64,000 bases of DNA from Saprolegnia diclina VS20 (lineage: Eukaryota). Of the stretch, positions 59,088 to 64,000 are shown one piece after another. Below the pieces are notes generated by a model. The model was not told where the DNA came from, searched no databases, and saw only the letters and a list, made by a program, of their open reading frames with translations. The first letter of the stretch is position 1. Every line of letters begins with the position of its first letter. The stretch spans positions 586,954 to 650,953 of the forward strand of contig NW_008246070.1 of the NCBI RefSeq assembly GCF_000281045.1, given 5' to 3'. Position numbers and translations under genes: made by a program.

Positions 59088-59714
59088 CGAGATCACTCGC
59101 GCCGCCGAGGGCTGTAAAGGCGTTCGAGTCACCGCCTCGCTGCGTGTACTTGGTGTTTGTATTGCACGCTGGAGAAGCGTGACCTGCGACGCTGCGTCTT
59201 GACAAAGGCGTACGGAGCGTAGTGTTCTTGTACTCTCGGAGGCGTCGTGCTGGCAACCACGCTCGGCGTCGCTGTTTCCAAAAAGCCACTGACCCCGAAA
59301 TGACTTTAAGGCGTTGATTGCCCTTGTAAAAACAGCTTCATACGAGCATAGATTGTGAAGCGTTAATATCCCGATACGTGGCAGCGTGGCATCCCTTTTC
59401 AGCAGCGCGCATGACATCTCGGGTGCATCAGTCGTAGATGGAGAGCCCCCGGCGGTAGATTCGCCGTCGTCCGCGGTACTGAGAGATACAGCGTTGAGTT
59501 AAAGATTATATACGGCAAAGCGTCGGGCCGTGAGGCAGCGCCAAGACGAACCTGCCAACCTTGCTAGGATGGGAGCTTGAAGTCGAGTACATGATGGCTT
59601 CTTCATTCTGCGGCCACTGGCCAACGCCGGCGCAGAAGGAGCTATCGCATATGCCTCTGGGTACAATGGCCCACGGAAGAAGAATTCATATGTATGATAT
59701 TGGCATGGCATGCA

Positions 59715-61364
59715 TTACGCGAAGAGGGTCGCGACCGCCAGCGCGAGTGGCATCACGATCGAGAGACCACCCGCGTTGTTGCCTTGCGTCGCTCGGCCCC
59801 CCGGCGTTGATGTCGTGACACCCGGTGGGCTCGGTGTCGCTGACGACGGCGTTTGGCCGCCCGACGGCGTGTTGCCACCTGACGGCGCAGGCGTCATGCC
59901 CGATTTCGGTGCAATCACGTCGCCGTTGCCGTTGATCATCGTGTCGCCAGGGCACAGCGGCGTTTGCGTCAAGTCTGGGCAGAGCATGTCGGTGACCGCG
60001 TCGGCGGCCCACGTGACGCTCGCGAGGGTCGCAAAGCTCGACGGACACGTCGGCGGTGTCGTGCGGTACCCCGTGTACTCGGTCGACGATGGCATCGTCG
60101 CCACCTCGTTTGACGCATTGTACGCGGTCGCGAGAAGGTTGTAGTTGGGCATGTGGTTAAAGACGCACGGCGTCGCGCGGTGGTCGCACGTCTCGGGCGA
60201 GAAGTACCCGAGCCCATAGTTTTGGCCACCAAACGACGTGAACGGGTACGGGGCGTCGGCCTTGGAGTTGGCATTCTCGGTTGAAAATTCAAACGCAAAG
60301 CCGCCAGTGAAGATGCTGTTGAAGGTCGACGAGAGCAGCCACGCCGCGTCCACCCACGTGCGCTGCGCCGCGTAGCTGTCGATTTTCGGGAAGCCGACAT
60401 TGAGGCAGCCAAACTCGGTGAGCATGACGGGCACCGACATCTTGTATGACGTAAAGTCGTCCAGAAGCATTTGGTACCCGGGACCCACGACGGTGCTGGT
60501 CGCGGCCGGGTCGCACTGCACGTACGCGTTGAGGCCATACCCTAATAAGCAGGTTGTCGCCGCTGGTTTGAGCTGAATGGGGATATTCCGTACACTCGGC
60601 ATTCTCGAGCGAGTCCGTGGTGTCCGTGCGGCAGTTGTAGTAGAGCGCGTTGGCGCTGCGCTCCGAATCGGCGAGGACGACACCGACAGGAATCGGGCGC
60701 ATCTTGCTGTTGCACGAGCGGATAAATGCGCGCATGTCCCGAATGAACTTCTTCTGGCACGGCGCGTTCGTCTTGGCGCTGGGTACGATGTGGTTGACCT
60801 CGTTGCCCGCGCTAAAACCCTACGCCCCAAACCTCGTCAGTAGAGTATACCGCCTGCTACGAGCGTACAATGACGTTGTTGTATTTCGAGAAGGCGACGA
60901 TGATCTGCTGGCCGCGCGTCTTGAGTGAAGCGGGGTAGCATGTCGGGTACGCATCCTTTGTGATCGCACAGCCCTCGCAGCTAACCACTCGATAAGAGAG
61001 AGATTTCCGAGGCTCGATACCTCGCCGCAAGGTCCACGAGCACGTAGACGCCAATGGCTTGGAGCGCGCACATGATCTTGTCGTGGCTCTGGGACGGATC
61101 GACGGCGTAGAAGCGGATCGCGTTCACGCCGAGCTCGGCAAACTCTTTGAGGTGCGGCGTCCAAATCGCTTCGTTCTCGTCCGTGAAGAAGTCGTGGTTG
61201 TTGATGTCGAGGATACCGGCGTTGGGCCGCGGGTAGTAGTCGACGCCCTTGACCTGGAACGCTTTGCCCGTCGAGTACTTGAACATGCGCTGGCCCTTGA
61301 TGACAATCGGGTCGATGGCCGCCACTGCCGTTAGCAAGAGCCCAAGCGCACGCAAGATCTGCAT
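59715..61364 (-). CDS. GH72 beta-1,3-glucanosyltransferase (Gas/Gel-like), likely GPI-anchored (4 exons)
   Basis: Signal peptide, F.VKGVDY, LGVNAIR.Y.VDP..SHD, FSAGNEV, YG.N.Y..C, PV.LTEFGC, GGFAFEF, a Ser/Thr/Pro linker and a hydrophobic tail. Confidence 0.93.
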
Positions 61365-61967
61365 GCTTCGGCGTCCTCGAGTGCAATGCGAAAATGAACC
61401 GGAGTTGGCCAAGACGCTCGAACCTTCGATATTTCAACGCGGGAAGATCTTGACATTTCGAACAACGAACGCAGGCGTTGACCAAGGGAATGCCACCAAT
61501 TCGCTTGGCGTTGACTGAGCATCGAAGAAGGAGCTACGAGTAGGAACGTCCATGGTGCAGCACGTCTTGTCGCAGCGTCTTGGGCGATGCTGTACGAGCA
61601 CCTGACATTGCACTTTTGACCTTGAGATGGATGACACGGACAGAAATTGGGAAGAGGAGCTCATGATGCGTATGTAAATATATGGGTCGGTCTCGAGCAT
61701 GAGGGTGCTTGGACGTTGGATGCATTTGTCCTCCTGAGGTGCAGTTTTAGTTTTGGCCTCAGGTTTCCCGCGAAAACGGGGCGGTGGAATTTTGGCTATT
61801 CAAAAACATTGTTTTTGTATGTTGTTGTGGGCCGTTAAAAGCCTTTTGATTGTCGGCGAGTGCGTGACGTCGGATTGGATAAAAAAGCGTTTTGGTCGTC
61901 CGGGATTGGTTGATAATCAGCACGGGCTTTGGCGCGAGCGCATATTCGCTCGCATTTACCAGGCAAG

Positions 61968-64000
61968 ATGACATCGCTGGCGCGGAAGGACGACGCGCTC
62001 CTCGAGCTCGAGGACGACGAGGACGACGGGGCCTTCGACGAGATCCACCGCGAGCGCGCGCGCAGCCTCGAGGCTCTCGACGTCTCGGAGAACGAAGAAG
62101 AAGCGCTCGTCGACGAGGACGGCAACGAGGCCGTCGTGAAACGGACGCTGGACCCCGCGATGCTCAACGAGCTCCTCCTCGTGTGCTCGAACCTCGGCGT
62201 GCTCACCGAAGCTGAAGACGGCGAGTCCAACTTTACGCGGGGCGAAGACTGTGAGGAGTGGATCCACGATCTCCAGCGCGCGATCCGGCGCGACCATGCG
62301 ATTCATCGGCTCGTCTCCAAGACGCTTGGCCGGTGGCAGATCCTCCAGAAGAAGCTCATTCCGCTCCTCATCAACCATCAGAGCGACTGGTACGTCCACA
62401 TATGAAGAAGGTACAGGCTCGTAGCCGCCCACGTAGGTCGCTCGTCTTTTCGATCCTCAAGGTGCTCGTCATGCTCACGATGAAGCCCGCGAACGAGTCG
62501 GACAACATTGCGCTGCAGCTCAAGTACCTCCGCGGCTACAAGCGTGCGTTCTTGAAGCACGGCGTCGTGCAGCTCCTCATGTCCATTCTCGTTGAACCGC
62601 TCTCGCGGGAAGGGTCGGCCCGCACGTCCCAGGTGCGTGCGTCCTCATCTCGCACGGAATGCTCATGCTCAGGGGATAGGACTACCTCAACATGGAGCTC
62701 GTCCTGACGCTCTTCCGCAACTTGCTTGCGATCCCAAACGAGAGCTTGCGCCATGTGACGGCCGCGACCAACCACTTGGCTCGTCTCCAAGAAGACTTGA
62801 TCGTCGTGCTGTACGAGGAAAACGTCTTTGACATGCTCCTTCTCTTTGCCCAAGTACGTGGCTTCAATGGCGATTCCCGTCACCAACTGGCTGCTGCTGT
62901 AGGACATCGAGTCGGCCGAGAACCGCGAGTGGAACCTGCTCATCATGGAAATGTTCGACCTCGTCCTGCAAACGACGACCCCCAAGCAGCTCGTCGCTAC
63001 GATTCAGCTCCCATCGTCCACGCCGCAGGTTGAAGAGGCGCCTCCGCTGATTGCGCCGCCGCCAGTGCAGCAGCAAGTTTCGCTTCTGGGGCAGCTCAAG
63101 ACCGAGAGCCAGCATCGCGGTGCCAAGAACCAGCGCCACTCGAACTTTGGCGGCATGCTCGTGCTCCAGGGCAAGACCGGTCGGCGCACCATTTTGACGG
63201 ACTTTAGCAAGACGGGCGACGATGTCATCCCCCAGGCATTTACAAGTCCTCTCTCTACCTCGCCGCTCATAACACGAACAATTAGGCCCAGAAGAAGGGG
63301 TTGCGGGGTCGGCGCCAAAAGCAGCACGCGATGAACGACATCCAAGAGGTCTTTGGAGGCCACACGGGCTCCTCGCTGGACCTGAACATGTACGACGGCG
63401 CTCTTGCTCGCAGCCATGCGTACTCATGCATTCCCTACATAGGCGCCTTAGCGAAGCGCTGCGGACGATTTGCGACGAGCTTTTGAGCAAGTGCTACCCA
63501 CAGCTCACGTCGTCGCTCAAGAACGAGTTTCGCCGCGGCAGCGGCAAGCTTTTGCCCAACGACCGTCTCTTGTACTTTCACCTGGTGTGGTTTCTCACGG
63601 CGTACCACCGCCTTAAGCTGCCGCACCTCAAGTCGCTCCAGAAGCAGCAAGACGAGATTTTCGAACAAAACAAGGAGCGCGTCTTCCGCGAGCAAGGCAT
63701 GGACGCCATGATGGCGTTGCTCAACTCGACCAACCTCCTCGCAAGTTACGACCAAAAAGCGATTCTGTCGACGCTCGATATGTTTTCGTTCAACTTTGTG
63801 CTGCAATCGATCGAGGTGAAGCTTCATTTTGGTCAGTGGACCGCTCACCTCGATTGCCGAATAGAGTTATGCCGATGTCAAGAACTACCATGCCATGATT
63901 GGCGCGGTCAAGGTCGTCACGGAGATGATCGCCATGCTCGTACGCAACATCCATCGACGGGAGATGATCTTTTTCATATCCATTTTGCGTAGACGGAGCT
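61968..64000 (+). CDS. Timeless/Tof1/Swi1 homolog (partial; runs off the window end)
   Basis: LG.W..LQ..LIPLL, LV.LT.P, L..YK.AF, L.L.RNLL.IP, WNLL..E and RHSNFGG match the TIMELESS N-terminal domain; several introns. Confidence 0.85.

Noticed and set aside
63220..63295. Possible GC-AG intron in the Timeless homolog
   Set aside because: An in-phase GT donor lies just upstream, so the donor cannot be decided without transcripts.
1..64000. Many long antisense and alternate-frame ORFs in the ORF track
   Set aside because: These are expected shadows of high-GC3 coding sequence and carry no recognisable motifs.

Overview
This is a eukaryotic, GC-rich and very gene-dense window with many short GT..AG introns (mostly about 40-55 nt). 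Gene content (oomycete-type bZIP, membrane TKL kinases, GH72, flagellar CFAP251, INR+FPR promoter motifs) points to an oomycete, most likely Saprolegniales; this assignment is an inference. I can support 31 protein-coding loci plus one pseudogene. I found no rRNA, complete tRNA or CRISPR array. Gene models were spliced by eye, so boundaries are approximate. The most notable structures are: (1) two inverted multi-TM/TKL kinase paralogs sharing a near-identical 729-bp core, introns included, that bracket a FYVE gene (gene conversion or a possible invertible cassette); (2) an intron-containing, catalytically dead hAT transposase derivative with three BED fingers; (3) an interstitial telomere-like (CTCCTAAA)10 array next to a duplicated, structured 98-bp unit; (4) three minimal C2+DysF genes; (5) an F-box-cytochrome b5 fusion; (6) a FYVE protein with FAM21-like LF-acidic repeats; (7) a frameshifted flavohemoglobin-like gene; (8) a myristoylatable pseudokinase; and (9) a coiled-coil pseudogene broken by an internal inversion.
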